Shown: piece after piece, positions 13,331-25,953 of the stretch | How the letters are laid out: each line of letters begins with the position of its first letter | Position numbering within the stretch: the first letter of the stretch is position 1 | From: Lama guanicoe | Lineage: Eukaryota | DNA: 64,000 nt | NCBI GenBank assembly: GCA_013239625.1 | Contig: MU054049.1 | Location: 943,015-1,007,014, forward strand | Direction: 5' to 3' | Made by a program: the position numbers and the translations under genes | Notes under the pieces: generated by a model | The model's database searches: none | What the model saw: only the letters and a program-made list of their open reading frames with translations | What the model was told of the DNA's origin: nothing

Positions 13331-15399
13331 CGTGGCACCGGGAGATGACCTGCTGAATGGCACAGGTACTGCTGGTAGTGGCCGGAGCTCTCCAAGCATC
13401 CTACCGTTTAATCTTCATGATAACCCTGCCATGTCCACATGTCCCTTTGTAAAACTGGAGTCCTTTTTCTGATTCCTGTTCCTCTGCTGAAAAATGATGA
13501 TAGAGTGATTGTCAAACCAATGAATAAGGATCCATCTAATAGTGAAATGGAATGCACTTTGTATTTTTCAGCAGTTTTGAAAAAGCCAGAGCCTGGGCTA
13601 AAATGGGTTTGATTGCTCCTTTAGTTTCTATCGCCTTGAAACAAAGCGCTGCCGAGCTGGCAGTAATGGTGCCCTACTTTCTCCTGGTTCTGTGGGTCAG
13701 GAGACTAGACAGGCACCGCAGGGACAGCTCGTCTCTGCTCCACGTGGTGTCAGCTGGGCTGGACCATCCAGGATGGTCCTCCACTCACAGAGCTGGCACC
13801 TCACAGGTGGCGAGCGGGCTCCAGGGCTGGCTTAACTGGGTCAGATGTCCGCGGCCTTTATTCGAGCTGTTGAGTCGTGATAACCCATTTAATCTTCATA
13901 AGGACAATATTCTCACTTTGCAGATGAGGATTTGAAACCTGTAGCAATTAAGTGACAGCGTTACCATCGTAGCTAAGTGGGATGTCCCTGATCTGAGGCT
14001 CCGGGACCCCCGCCACTGTGCCAAGCTGCCTTCCATGGGGTGAAGTGGGAGCCCTGGGTGGGAGGCAGTTGGAAAACAACAGTGTGATAGAACCTGGGCA
14101 TCAGAGAGACTGTTGTCCATCGTCAGTCTGCAGTGCCCCTTGGAGGTGGGTGTGTTCCAGCTTCCACTGCCCCCGAAGCCTCCTGCACAGTCTGACGGGG
14201 CAGAAGGAAGACCCAGCTGCATCTGACTGTCAGCTCGTTTGTGCCTCCGTTTGGAAAGGGCGCCGTTTTCTGGAATTAGCCTATATTTCAAACACATTGA
14301 ACTAATCACATGGGTTTCAAATAACTAAAATATTGACAGCAGTAATGGCCTGGGTAGCACGTGGAAGGGCAGGCTATTTGAAAAGAGCCATTTCCTCCAA
14401 CAAGGAAATGGATGAAGGAGGAGTCTTGCTTTGTTAAATTGTAACACATTAGAAGTTTCAAATACATTGAATTTCTGTTTTTATGCTCTTTCGTTCTGAA
14501 CCCCATCCCCTAAGTATTTCTATTGTTCCCAAGTGGACAAATCTCAGATCCTGATCAAAATCCAGATGACTTCTTAGGGTAGCCTCTGAGGTAGAGCAAG
14601 TGAACATAACCTGGCATGGAGATTGAAGAGCATGGAGAGAAAGCTCCGATGGACGTAGAGGGGTGGGATGGAAGCTGACGTTGACAGGGCGAGCGCTGGG
14701 CCAGTGACCTGGCGGCCTGGCTTCTAGCCCCTCTCACCATCATCATTCTGTGACTTACGCTTCCTTTCTCTGCACCTCAGTTTCAGCTACTCAGAGATCT
14801 GGCCTCAATCACAGGGGTTGCAGATTCAATGTCTTGGGGCCAGAGGGGTAAAGTTAATACGTAGGTGTAAACTGCGGGGAATGGCGTGCCCGCGGCTCTG
14901 GGGAGGGGTACCTGCCCTGCCTAGAGGTACTAACGTCTAACTGGGGGGAAATAAAAGAGAAGCAAAGGCAAACGACCTCCACCAAATAAAACGCTTCTGT
15001 AGACCATCAGTTTATGCCCCTTTATGAGACACTAAGTGCCCTTCCTTGTAATGTGGACGTGATGCAGTGTTGGAATCATGGGCTTTGGCGTGAGACCTGG
15101 GCTAGGGCACCAGTTACGCTGCTGCTCGATAGCTGTGTGGCCTTAGGGAGTTGATGCAGCCTCTTCAAGGCTCAGTGTTCTCATCATCATACTTTCCCAT
15201 TGAGAGGAGTAATGGGCAGGGTGGTTGTAAGTATGCAGCATACGGTGTGTGCTCATCAGACGCTGGTCCCGCCAGACCCCCTACCTTTCTCTCCTGTCTT
15301 TGCCACTCTGCTCCTAGGACTCTGAGCCACAGTATATAAAATTTTGGAAATATTAAAATGAAAGGGAACACATTTTAGGGATATTTCGACTGGCATTAC

Positions 15400-15614
15400 A
15401 ATCGATAAATTAATAACACCATTGACGTCAGACTGTAAATATCCACTTATGAATCAAAAGGCTGAGTCCTCTCTTCTGCCTGGTTTGCGCTTTATCTGTG
15501 ACCTGGGTGAAGCTCAGATGTTAGACAGCATGAAGTGGGGAGGAGTTACCCCTCGGGTGACAAATAGGGAGGGTCCCTACTATCCTGAGCAATAGATCAG
15601 AATGCATTGAGTCA
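15400..15614. promoter_or_regulatory. Candidate intronic enhancer (AATCGATA, TGACGTCA, TGTAAATA, TGAGTCA)
   Basis: Motif cluster in apparently unique sequence with retained CpGs. No functional data. Confidence 0.3.
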
Positions 15615-16664
15615 GAATTCAGCAGAGATAGTCATGCTCATGCGTTAATGCACGCACACACACACCCATACACACGCATCGGGTTGGGGAGGACAGAATC
15701 GCACGTGTGAAAGGGTCCTAGGAAGTTTAGTGCAAGGTTAGTAATAGTCCCAGTTCAGGCGGGGGCACTGCTGTGGTGAATTCTCTTTGGGGCTGTATTT
15801 ACAGAAGTATAGTGCCCAGCTAAAGGGAGGTGATGATCCCACCAACCTTTTAATACGCCACAACTGTGTTTGTCTAGAGGCACGAAACCAGAGTGGTGAA
15901 GGGCTTGAAAAGCCCCCTTCGTCGTGGGAGGATTCGTCAGCAGATCTCAGGGTGTGTAGCCTAGAGGGAAAAGACTCTGGGAGCATAAGACCTGGGCGAA
16001 TCCTTGCTTCTTGGTGGTGGAATGATGGAAGACAAACACGGACCAGCTAGCAAAATAGTGAGAAGTCTGGGCTCCACATGAGGACACACCTGCTGAAACT
16101 GGGTGGACAGCTGTGAAGGTCATGAATAGCTCAGCACTGGGTGTTCTGAGCAGGGTGCTGGGTTTGCAGTGGAGACAGTTTGGCACCTGGACCAGCACTG
16201 GGCTTGATCACCCTATGATCCTGACGGGCCCTGAGAGTCCATGACTTGGGGATGTAGCTGTGGGTGAGGCTGCATGTACCGGTGACATCCACCTGGCCTC
16301 TCCAGATGGTGGAAATGGTCCGGTCCACTTTGGTGTAGTTCATGGCAAATACTGTGTGCCGGTTACTAAGTTCAGGTGACCCCTGTGTGGGGCAGAGCCA
16401 TGAGCACTTCATTTTTTCCTATAAGTTTTGAGAGGATAGCCTAAGACATGATGGGATGGGCACCCAGTGCCCAGCCCTTAGAGTCAGCGGTTTTGATTGG
16501 CTTTGCAAGGGCCCAGTTCTAGGCTGATTCCACTCCCCCACATTCCTGACCTACGGGAGGCTGGAGGTGCTATTGCTCACAGGACCCACAGGATAAAGGG
16601 CAGCCCTGAAACCCGGATCTGGCTGGTGCTCTGCGAGCGTTAGCACCCAGCGATGAGTTAGCCT

Positions 16665-16860
16665 GTGGAACAGCTCTCCTGATTTAAATCCCTGTCCTAC
16701 CACTCACTGTGTAATCTCAGCAGGCTGTAATCTCTCTGGGCCTCAGTTCCCTCATCTGTAAAATGGGATAATAGTAATATCTAGGACATGGTGTTTCTGT
16801 GATGTTGAAAGGAGCTAGTCCATGCAGGCACTTAGAAGAGTGCCTGCCGACAGCGGGCGC
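16665..16860 (+). mobile_element. MIR
   Basis: MIR core ctctgggcctcagttccctcatctgtaaaatgggataatagta. Confidence 0.85.
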
Positions 16861-19800
16861 ATGGGGAGCTCAGCTCCCATCACTAGTGGTGGGACTGGAG
16901 AACAGGGCAGGCGTATGTTCCTGCTCTGGTGCTGAGCTGGCGTGACGCGTGGTGGCCGTGCAAACCGCTGCTTGGGTGGGAGGCATCTTCCTGATACTGG
17001 GTGAGAAAAGAAGACTGCAACTAAAAGGGGTTAGTATTCTGAAAACACTTGCATCCTGTAAGAAAAAGTGCTTCCCCAGGTGCTGTTTCTGTGGACGCCC
17101 AGCAAAACATACCAGGGAGGGAGGTATTTCCATTAGCCTCATTTTAAAGCTAAGGAAGCTGAGCCTTAGAGAGAGTGAGTAACTAGCCCAAGTTTCCCAT
17201 TAGTTAGTGTCAGAGCAGCGTGGGTACCTACTTCAGGGTAGATACTGGTCTCTCTTAAAAGACTGGTGTTTACTTCGGCCAAAGCAGTGGCCAGGGGATC
17301 CTCAGGGGAAGTGAATCCCTCCCTTTCTGAGCTACCTGAGGACACCGCGGCCACAGGTGGGAAGGATTCTGGCCAGAAGGTGGTGGGGGTCTCTTGGAGT
17401 CCTCTGTTGGGCTCCATTGCTCTGGCTGTCGTCGGGTGAGGTGGGGGGGTGTGTCCAAGGTGATGGAAACTCTCCACGGATGTTCCAGGTTCCAGGCCGT
17501 GCAGGAGTCTCCTGGATGGATGTTTACAGCTGCTTCCCCCTGGTGATGTCTTCATGCTGAATCTCAGGGCTGACCACAGGCTCCCTGCAGGGGAGGGGCT
17601 TGGAGGCAAGGCGGGTGACTGAGCCCGGCTGACCACTACCTGCGATCCCCAGCTTTTCCCCGAAAGGCCATGCTCACTCTCACCCCGTGGCCTTTGCACA
17701 TGCGGTTCCCTCTCCCAGAAAGATCATTTCCCCTGCTAGCCTGGTTCTCTCTTCATTTTCCTTCAACATTCAGTTGGCACATCACCTTTTCTGACCGCCC
17801 TCTGAGCCCTCTGGGTCAGGTGCACCTGCACGTCCTAGAACACTTCATCCCCTTGTGTTTACACTTACTGGGCTGCTCTTGTGTTTGAGGCACAGAGACA
17901 GGTGCTAAAGATACAGGATGAAGTGTCATTTCAGGCAGCAGTGCACAGTTCATGATCGATAGGTGGATAGATAGAGACATCTGTCATAGTGTGGTATTTA
18001 TAATGATTGAAGCATGGACACAGTGCTGCTTGGGAAAGTCAGAAAAGTTGTCTTCAAAGAGAGGATGTGTGACTTGTCTCGAGTAATAAGTAAGACCTCA
18101 GCAAAGGGATAGGATTGGAGGGGACATTCTCAACTTCGGGCAAAGGTTGTGGTGTATTTAGCAAAGGGTGAGAATGTTACTGGAATAGAGCACAGGGGGG
18201 ACCAAAGGGGAGGATGGGCAGTAACATTGGAAGGAGACAATTATTTTATAAATACAAGATCCTAGGAATACCAGGAAGTATTGGCCATCATATGTGTGTA
18301 ATTCATAAAAGGAGCAGAAGATTTAGAGCAGGCACCGACACGCATCTTAGTCTTAGTTGCAAACTTATACAAGTGCATCAAGGAAGCCATGCCTTAGACA
18401 TGGATTCTACTGATTCAATGAGGTTTGGACCCGCTCACATCTAAACCAAGATCACAGACTCCCTTGCCTACAAAGCCTTGTGGGCACCACAAACGAGTGT
18501 GTTAGGCTGGTGGGGACTGTGCAAAATGGAAAGTTTACACCCATATAAAGAGAGAACTAATTCTAAGAAAGGAAAGATAAGACCCACAACTTGTCAAATA
18601 AAACACGTCTGTGGGTCCTGTCTACCCGTGACACCCCTGAAGAGTTGAGGTCACTTAAGGTGTATCATCTCTCTTCCAAAATCATCAAATAAAGAACATT
18701 TCGACCAATTGGAATAAGCGACTAATCTGGATTTGAGTAGCTCAATTGAAGTTCCTAGTTCTTTCTACGTGTCTAGGGGAAGCAGACGCTGGTCATCTGA
18801 TGGTTTTTAGTCTCCATCAGGACAATGTGATTAATACCCAGAAGACACACTCCGGAGTGATGTAGCCAAAGCCCACGCCTCCTTGGAGGGACCCACCCCA
18901 CCAGGACCCAGCCATGTTAATCTGGACCAGGAGGGAAAGTAGGGAAGGGAAAAGAGATAAAGAGGATTAAACACCCACAGCTGGACAAGGACAGACTTGA
19001 AGTCTCAACTGCGAAGTGGAGAAAGCAGAAAGCCCCTACAGGCGGGCCCGCACAGCGCACAGCGCTCCGTGATGATTTGCTTCGCCGGTCCAGCCTGCTG
19101 GTGACCCTGAGTGCTCACTGCTGAGTCCTAATTGAACCACCAGCCCCTTCCTGCTTTGGAAGTAATGTGCGTTAGGAAAATCAATCCATTTGTAGGGGGA
19201 GAAACCAGCCTGGCTTCCTGCTACTGCTCATGTTTTCACTAAAACCCCATTTTACTGGAACCAACATTGAAAAAAACCAGCACATTTTATTCAAAACAAG
19301 GCGATATTGGTATTGACAGAGCTGCAGTGATAATGAGGAAGATCAATTTTCCCTCATCCATTATGGGGTATCGGGCAGTTTTGGAGTAAACTTGTGGCGT
19401 CGTTAGACAAGATCAGCATTTCTATTTCTCCCTTTTGAAAACTTTTTCTTTTTTTCTTTTTTTTTTTGCATATTTAGATTTTAAATATTCCTGCTCTGAT
19501 GAGAAAAAAAAAAAAGCAAAAACAATGACAACAGAAAAGAAAGCCAAAAGTCCCCAAAGCAATAAGCGAAGAGCTGGTAATAAAAACTGGAGATCGTAGA
19601 CATTTCTTTTTAATTTTATTAATAATACATCACGATGTTATTTTTGCATCTTGCTTCATGCAGACTGTCTCCCCAACTCTCACCCCAAATTAAAAGACCG
19701 CAGTTACCAAGTAATCCAAGTTCTGGGAGTGGAAGAGTTCTAGGCAAGAGGGTGGAAGCAGATGTGTCACACCTGGTCCAAGCATTCTGACATGTATAGC

Positions 19801-20168
19801 TAATGCCACCCCTGTGAGGAATCTTCTGTGTGTGGCAGGGGCGGTGTTACTATTACTATCCCCATTTTACAGATAAGGAAACTGAGCGAAAACTTTCTGT
19901 TTTGAGAAGAGTGGAGAAGGAAGACGGAGGTACAGGCTCTTTGGCTGCAGAAAGGGTTGCTTAGAGCATCAGAAGAAAGATCTGGGGAAGGGAGGCAAGG
20001 AGGTTGGGTACATTTCCACTTGGAATTGCTTCTTAAAGTGATGGAATTGTTTAGTGCAAATTAGAGCTGTCATTTCTTCCTTCTGTTACTGGTTCCTGTT
20101 GGCTTACACATTGTCCCTCTACCAGCTCAGGCTGGCTGACCAGGTACCACAGTGACAGGGAAGGAAAC

Positions 20169-20527
20169 TGTCTTAGTGTACTTGGACCACTGTCATGAAG
20201 TACCATGGACCCAATGGCTTGCAAACAACAGAAATTTATTTCTTATAGTCTGGAGGCTGGCAAGTTCAAGATCATGGTGCTAACAGACTCAGAGTCTGGC
20301 GAGGACACCCTTCCTCACTCATGGCATTCTTTACACTGTCCTCACAAGGTGCAAGGGAAGAGGGGCTTTCTGGGGTCTCTTCTATAAGGGCACTAATCCC
20401 GTTCAGGAGGGCTCCACCCTCATGACCTAAACACCTCTCAAAGGCCCCACCTCCAAATACCATCACACAGGGGATTGGGTTTCAACATATGAATTAGGGA
20501 GGGGGCACAGACATTTGGCCCATTGCA
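20169..20527 (-). mobile_element. MLT1A-like MaLR solo LTR
   Basis: tgtcttag...aacaacagaaatttatttc...ctggaggctgg...aaggccccacctccaaataccatcac...cattgca; TG...CA termini. Confidence 0.9.
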
Positions 20528-21039
20528 GGGACCACCCTCTTTGAGTGGTGAGAGCTCTCCTTGACATCAGTGATGCTGGCAGAATAACAGATAATGTATC
20601 TGGGAGTGGTCCTCCTGAAAAAAACCATTCTAATGTAGTTTAAGTTTTAAACTAAAATTAGGATAGTCTACAATTTTAAGTTGAAATTATCACTGAAGAT
20701 AGTGTAATGATGGAAATTTCACTGAATGCCATCCGTCTGAGGCAGGAGCTATAGGTGTCATGCTTCTGGAAGGTGGGGAGGACAGGAGGGTGAGCTGTGT
20801 GACCCCTTCATGTTTTAAAAAAAACCTAGAAACTGATGATAAACAGTATAAATAGGTTTCACCATAAATTTTAATCCTTGAAACATATGCTACAAAACTG
20901 TGTTCATAGCCTGTGGAAGAATGTCATCTTACTAATTTCTGCCCCTTTATGATGTAGACGTGCTTTTGACCATCTCTGGGCAGTGTGGCCTCAAATGACT
21001 GCATGTGTCGGGAGGTGATGGTGGAAAGAGGTGATTCTG

Positions 21040-21210
21040 AGCGTGGGGTCTGTAGTCAAAGCTAGGCTCTGTCCTTACTGTGTGGCCTGGATAATTCTCC
21101 TCTCTGGGCTCAGTTTCCTTATCTGTAAAATGGGGATAGTAATAGTAACACCGCCCCTGCCACACACAGAAGATTCCTCACAGGGGTGGCATTAGCTATA
21201 CATGTCAGAA
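21040..21210 (+). mobile_element. MIR
   Basis: ctcagtttccttatctgtaaaatggggatagtaatag core. Confidence 0.8.
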
Positions 21211-21749
21211 TGCTTGGACCAGGTGTGACACATCTGAAATATCCAGGAAATGGCTTCATGACAGGGTAGATTTTGGCCCCGGAAGTAGATACCGGGATTG
21301 GACTCCTTTCTGACTCCAAGAACTCCATGAAGTGTGCGAAGCTCCCCACTCTCAGACAGTAAATTCTCCGCCAGAGCATGTCTCCCACTGCGCTGAGACT
21401 CCGCCCTCACCTGTCTATGATTCCCTTGACAGCGGGCACATATTCACCTTGAAATGCCTAGCACTTCACCTGAATCTTGACATTGAAAAGGCCCTTAACA
21501 GTTGTTGAAGCAAAAGAGGAAGGAAGGGAGGCGGGGCAGTGCTTCACGGAAGCTCCCATGGGGGATGGGGGACAGCTGGTCTGAGACTCCATGGGACCAG
21601 AAGCCAGTCTTCATTTGAAAGAGGTTTCTCACGTAAGTGCCTTTATGGTGACATTGGTGGGCTAACCTAGACGCGATCTACATCATCACAGATCTCTTGT
21701 CTTGAAACTGGACCCTAAGGCAAAGGCGGGCAGTATGAAAAGCAGGCTA

Positions 21750-22190
21750 GGGCCTCAGGCTGGGTGCCCTGAAGTGGAGCCCAAGACAGGGGTCCAGGTG
21801 CATGGGATTTGTGGAGGGAGGGGCTCTGGAGAAGGGGAGTGAGGGAAGCAGGAGGCTGCAGGGGAAGGAGCTGAGTGAAGATGCGCTGTCAGCTGAAGTT
21901 GGCTTCAGCCCGAGCCCACGGGGTGGGGCTCTCAACCCTGAAGGGTGTGGCCTCATTGGCTATAGTCTTGTGTGTGTTTATTTGTGCACACTTTTATGTG
22001 TGTACATGCATGTGTGGGAGGGTACACACGTGTACACATACATGAACATATATGCAGAGACTGCGGAGCCCCCAGGCAGGGCAGCTACCTCTCAGGGGAG
22101 GCTGACCTCCAGAGGAGGCAGCGGGGATGGGTGCACTCCCCTGGGGAAGGCGGTCTGGGTGGAGCCCCCACAGCCTCCATTGCAGGAAAA
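21750..22190. mobile_element. ERVL LTR (LTR33/LTR16-like)
   Basis: caggctgggtgccctgaagtggagcccaagacagggg...ggagaaggggagtgagggaagcagg resembles LTR33 as recalled. Confidence 0.55.
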
Positions 22191-22679
22191 ATCCGTTAAG
22201 ATCTAACTGGTCTCCCTCTCATTTCAGACGATCTTATGCAAAGTAAAAGAATATATCCATGGAAGGCGGGAAAGTCCAGGGGTTTATCTTTTATGAAGAA
22301 AGGAAAATTGTGATAACAATGTACCTGGCTCAGATATTTGCTGAGCTGACTCTGTGCGCTCTGTTCTGTGGGCTTCGAGGACAGAAAGATAGTGAAGTGA
22401 CCTGAGACCCAGCAGGGGTGAAACAAGAGAGCCGCTGTCTGTGTGTCTCAGTGTGCTTAGCACAGGGATGGCAAAGGATGGCTGGAGGGCGGGTGGGAGA
22501 GAGACAGCCCCTGAGGGGCGAAGCAGAGCACTGGCTTCCTGCAGGAGCCATGACTGAAGGGTTTGTGGGCTCTGGGTGTGCTTTGACAGGTGGAGGCGGA
22601 GGGGGCTGAAGCTGCCGCAGCCAGCTGTGTGGGTAGCTCCTGCAGGCTGGTCCTCCCAGGAGGACTCCATCGTCTAGGC

Positions 22680-22970
22680 CAGGGGTGCAGACTCAAACAC
22701 TGAGCCCTGCCAGCGGGGGCGGGGGCTGGGAGGGAGGTGTGGGACCCTCCAGAGGGCACCAGCTCCAGCTGCTCCTCCACAGACTCAGGGTGGCAAACCA
22801 GCCTGACCAGATCTTTCCATCTTTTGAGAGAGGCCGTGTGTCTGGACTTCTGTGTAGACTCTCCAGACTTTCAAATGTTAGCAATTAAGAATCCGTTTTA
22901 ACATCGTGAGGGTCAAACACCACGCGTCTCAGACACGCGCAGCCTCTCGCCTACCAGTTTGCCGTCTCTG
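22680..22970. mobile_element. hAT-Charlie (Charlie4z-like) fossil
   Basis: Termini caggggtgcagactc ... ccagtttgccgtctctg; internal ccagatctt...tttcaaatgttagcaattaa. Related pieces at about 14812-15020 and 18450-18640. Confidence 0.55.
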
Positions 22971-23195
22971 TTTTAAGCCATCCACCTGTTTGGCAGCTCC
23001 TGTGAGGAGGGCGTGTCTGAGAGCACCTGGGACAGGAGGAACCGGGGGCGGGGGGGCAGCAGTGAGAACCGCAGGCGCTGCTGGGCCCAGTCTCCTTGCC
23101 CCACCGCCAGCTCAAGGCCTAGCCCGGGGCCGACCACGGCAGGCCACAAAACATGCCGACCTCGAGGGCTCACCGCTCTCTTTGGTTCCTTTTAG

Positions 23196-23410
23196 CTTTC
23201 CGAGGAGATCCAGTGCTCCTTGGCCAGTCACATCCAGTCCCTGGTGAAGTCAGAGAAGAACCGTCAGGTCATGTGTGAGGCGGGGATGCTCAGGACCCTC
23301 ATGACCTCCTGCCACAAGGTCCTGACCACCGGCAGCAGCCCCCTGCAGTCGGGTCTCATCAGGATTTTTGAAAAGCTTGCTTCCCAAGCCATCGAACCGG
23401 ACGTGCTAAG
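23196..23410 (+). CDS. WDFY4: WDFY4 exon 2/19 (LSEEIQCSLASHIQSLVKSEKNRQVMCEAG...ASQAIEPDVL(R))
   Basis: Acceptor ttccttttag, donor AG|gtactg. 215 nt, phase 0->2. SEKNRQVMCEAG motif is typical of WDFY3/WDFY4. Confidence 0.96.
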
Positions 23411-24583
23411 GTACTGTGTGCCGCGCTTGTGCATAGCGGGCAGTAAGAGGTGCGTGGGGACAGGTGTCCCCGGGCTCCCTCCCCTCTTCCCAGCGTTGGA
23501 CACTACAAGTCTAGGGAGGAGCCTTGCGTCCACAGCAGTGTGCAGCCCACGGAGCAGACGTAGCCCTCCCAAGGAGCTGATATCTTGGTGGGGGCGGGGG
23601 GCAATAAGCAAAGAGTCCTGCCGACAATATAGGAGTGCGCTGGAGGGGATGCTTGGTGCAGAGGGTGGGTCTGTGGAGCTGGGAGGTCCACAGCTGGGAG
23701 ACTGGGCATAAAGAGAGGGGCTTCAAGGGGGGCTTCCCAGCCTGTGCAGATGTTCACCAGACTGGGAGAAGAGGGAACCGGGCATGTAAAGATGCCCTGC
23801 TGGAAAGGGTGGGGGCTGTGAGGGCCTGCCTGCAGAGAGGCCAGACCACAGGAAGCTCGGCTGGCATGAGGGGCAGGGACTGGGACTCCTGACAAGGAGG
23901 GGCACAGAGACAGTGCCGTTGTATCCTGTGGGGCCTTCCCACTGGCAGCCCCTCTGTGAAGCCACATGTTCCCTGGAGAGCCACAGAGGGAGGGGAGATG
24001 CATGGGAGGAGCAGACACAGGACAAAAATGCAGAGGAAACAAAGGCTGCAGGAGGGGGTGTCAAGGGTCTCTTAAATATCTGGATGATACAGGTGTAGGT
24101 GTAGGGAGGGCGTGCCCAGGGCCACACGCCTGCTGGACCGAGTGCCAGGGATGGAAGGTAACTCCTCCAACCAGCAAGCTTGGGACCCAGGGGCCAGGCC
24201 AGCCTCTTTCAGCCTCTGTGGGGTTATCAGACAAGGCCACTGTGCTTAATTCAGCTGTTCAGTAAATTCCATTAGAAACTTAAAGTGAGACAAAGTTATT
24301 TTCCAACAAAATCCTTTTCCTTTCATGGTCCAGTTTGAGGCTCCTCGCTGGTCACTGGTTAAGTCAGAAGCATCTAAATTCATCAGCTCTCTGGTCTGGG
24401 TGCCAGGACAGGGACGCCCTGTTTCTGCGTGGCTTGAGGAAGGGGTTTCCAGGCAGAGAGAGGAACACATGGAGGGGGCACCAGAGAACTCTGGGATCTA
24501 AGGGCAGCGCTCGGATGAAGCTGGAGGAAACTTCTGCCCGTAAAATGTCTTCAGTCTGTTCCCTTGTTTGTTATGATATTCAG

Positions 24584-24678
24584 ACAGTTTCTAGGTCTTG
24601 GAATCCCCCCACCTCCCTCGGCCGCAGCGAAAATTCTCAATTCATCTCATGTGCACAGCGGGGACTCCAGGTGCTCAG
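24584..24678 (+). CDS. WDFY4: WDFY4 exon 3/19 (QFLGLGIPPPPSAAAKILNSSHVHSGDSRCS)
   Basis: Acceptor gatattcag, donor G|gtgagg. 95 nt, phase 2->1. Not in the ORF track in this frame; found by manual translation. Confidence 0.92.
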
Positions 24679-24721
24679 GTGAGGAAAAGGAAAAGAGCAG
24701 GGGCAGGGTAACGGGATTTAG

Positions 24722-24820
24722 AAGGGAATAAGTGACTGACACGTTGTGCTGTACACCAGAAATGGACACAATATTGTAAACTGAGTATACTTCAGTAAAA
24801 AAAAATTAAAAAAAAGAAAG
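24722..24820 (+). mobile_element. Short young L1 3' stub (cetartiodactyl-type)
   Basis: tgctgtacaccagaaatggacacaatattgtaaactgagtatacttcagt plus A tail; inserted at a TT/AGAA-like site. Confidence 0.8.
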
Positions 24821-25715
24821 AGAGAATATGCATTCCTTGTAAAGGAGCCTTTATAGCACCTGGGAAGCAGACAGGTTTTACAGTGATTTTGCCTGCTGCT
24901 CAATGGAGCACATGAGGAAAAGCAGGGGGATCGGATCAGTGGTCCTCTGACAAAGCCCAGAACTGGAGGGAGGATGACCCCTACCCCCATAAAGACAGGT
25001 GATGGTGAACTTGTACTTGATCCCTTTGGGCTCTGATCACGGAAACAATGACAGGGTTTCCTTTGTGGCACAGCGCCTGCAGGGGTACCCAGTGCTGCCC
25101 CTGGACAGAGGTGCAGGGTCAGCTTTCTGCACAGCTCACAGCTCAGGGAGGAGTTAGGGGGTCAGGAGGACAAAGCATTGGCCTGTTATCTGGAAGGATG
25201 CTGGTCCAGCATCCAAGGATACTGGATGAAAGATTGACGTGGACACGCTGAATGTAAGATCTCATGGGATGTCTAAGGCAAGGAGGCTCAACTGAAAAGC
25301 GATATTGGAGAGTCAGGCTTGGGCTGGCAGCCAGAGGTGGGAGACAGAGCTTTTGAAGAGACAGGCTGTTGCAAAACAGTGTAGAGGTCAGAGGGCCAGG
25401 ACAAAGCCCCAGTGAGGGTCTGCCGGGGGACAACCCAAGGACAGCAACAGAAAACAATGTATTGGAAAGGGGTGAGGGACATGCTAGAATTAACAGAAGT
25501 TTCTAAGAGAAACAGGTTGTCACCACGGTTCAGTGTTATCAAAACCAGCAAAGGGCTGGGGTTGGGGCGGACCAGGTGGGAGGCTCCGGGTTAGGAAATG
25601 CCTGGTGCTCTGCAGGGTTCTCCTCCGGGGCTGTGGCAAAAACGTCAGGGCTGTTGTCAGAAGAGGGAAGGACGTGCTTTGAGCAAAGACACATCTCTTC
25701 TGCTTGCCGCCCTAG

Positions 25716-25953
25716 GGTCGCCGGCGGCAGCCCCAGTGCCTGCTGAGGGTCCTGCGGCGGCTGCCCAGGATGCCAGCCCCTGCCCAGTGGTCACACAGGC
25801 CAGCAGGCCCTCGAGGCCATCCCAGGGCTCCACCACTGCCCTTCAGACGGCACTGAGCCTCATCTCCATGACCTCCCCGCGCAACCTGCAGCCTCAGAGG
25901 GCGGCCCTGGCTCCGTCGTTCGTGGAATTTGACATGTCTGTGGAAGGTTATGG
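25716..25953 (+). CDS. WDFY4: WDFY4 exon 4/19 (GSPAAAPVP...TTALQTALSLISMTSPRNLQPQRAALAPSFVEFDMSVEGY(G))
   Basis: Acceptor gccgccctag, donor GG|gtatgt. 238 nt, phase 1->2. Contains the conserved PSFVEFDMSVEGYG. Confidence 0.95.

Noticed and set aside
17166..17699. 177-aa minus-strand ORF and similar long GC-rich ORFs (23503-24042, 37558-38058, 48067-48559)
   Set aside because: No recognisable domain. They are explained by GC-rich intron/L2 sequence or are antisense shadows of WDFY4 exons. No LRR peptide of the nested gene LRRC18 was seen in this window.
19069..19124. C box GTGATGA with CTGA boxes (possible C/D snoRNA)
   Set aside because: Only about 56 nt, with a weak terminal stem and no recognisable rRNA/snRNA guide.
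19496..19503. CTGATGAG hammerhead-core-like motif (also near 9964 and 53018)
   Set aside because: No stem II followed by GAAA and no cleavage-site helix.
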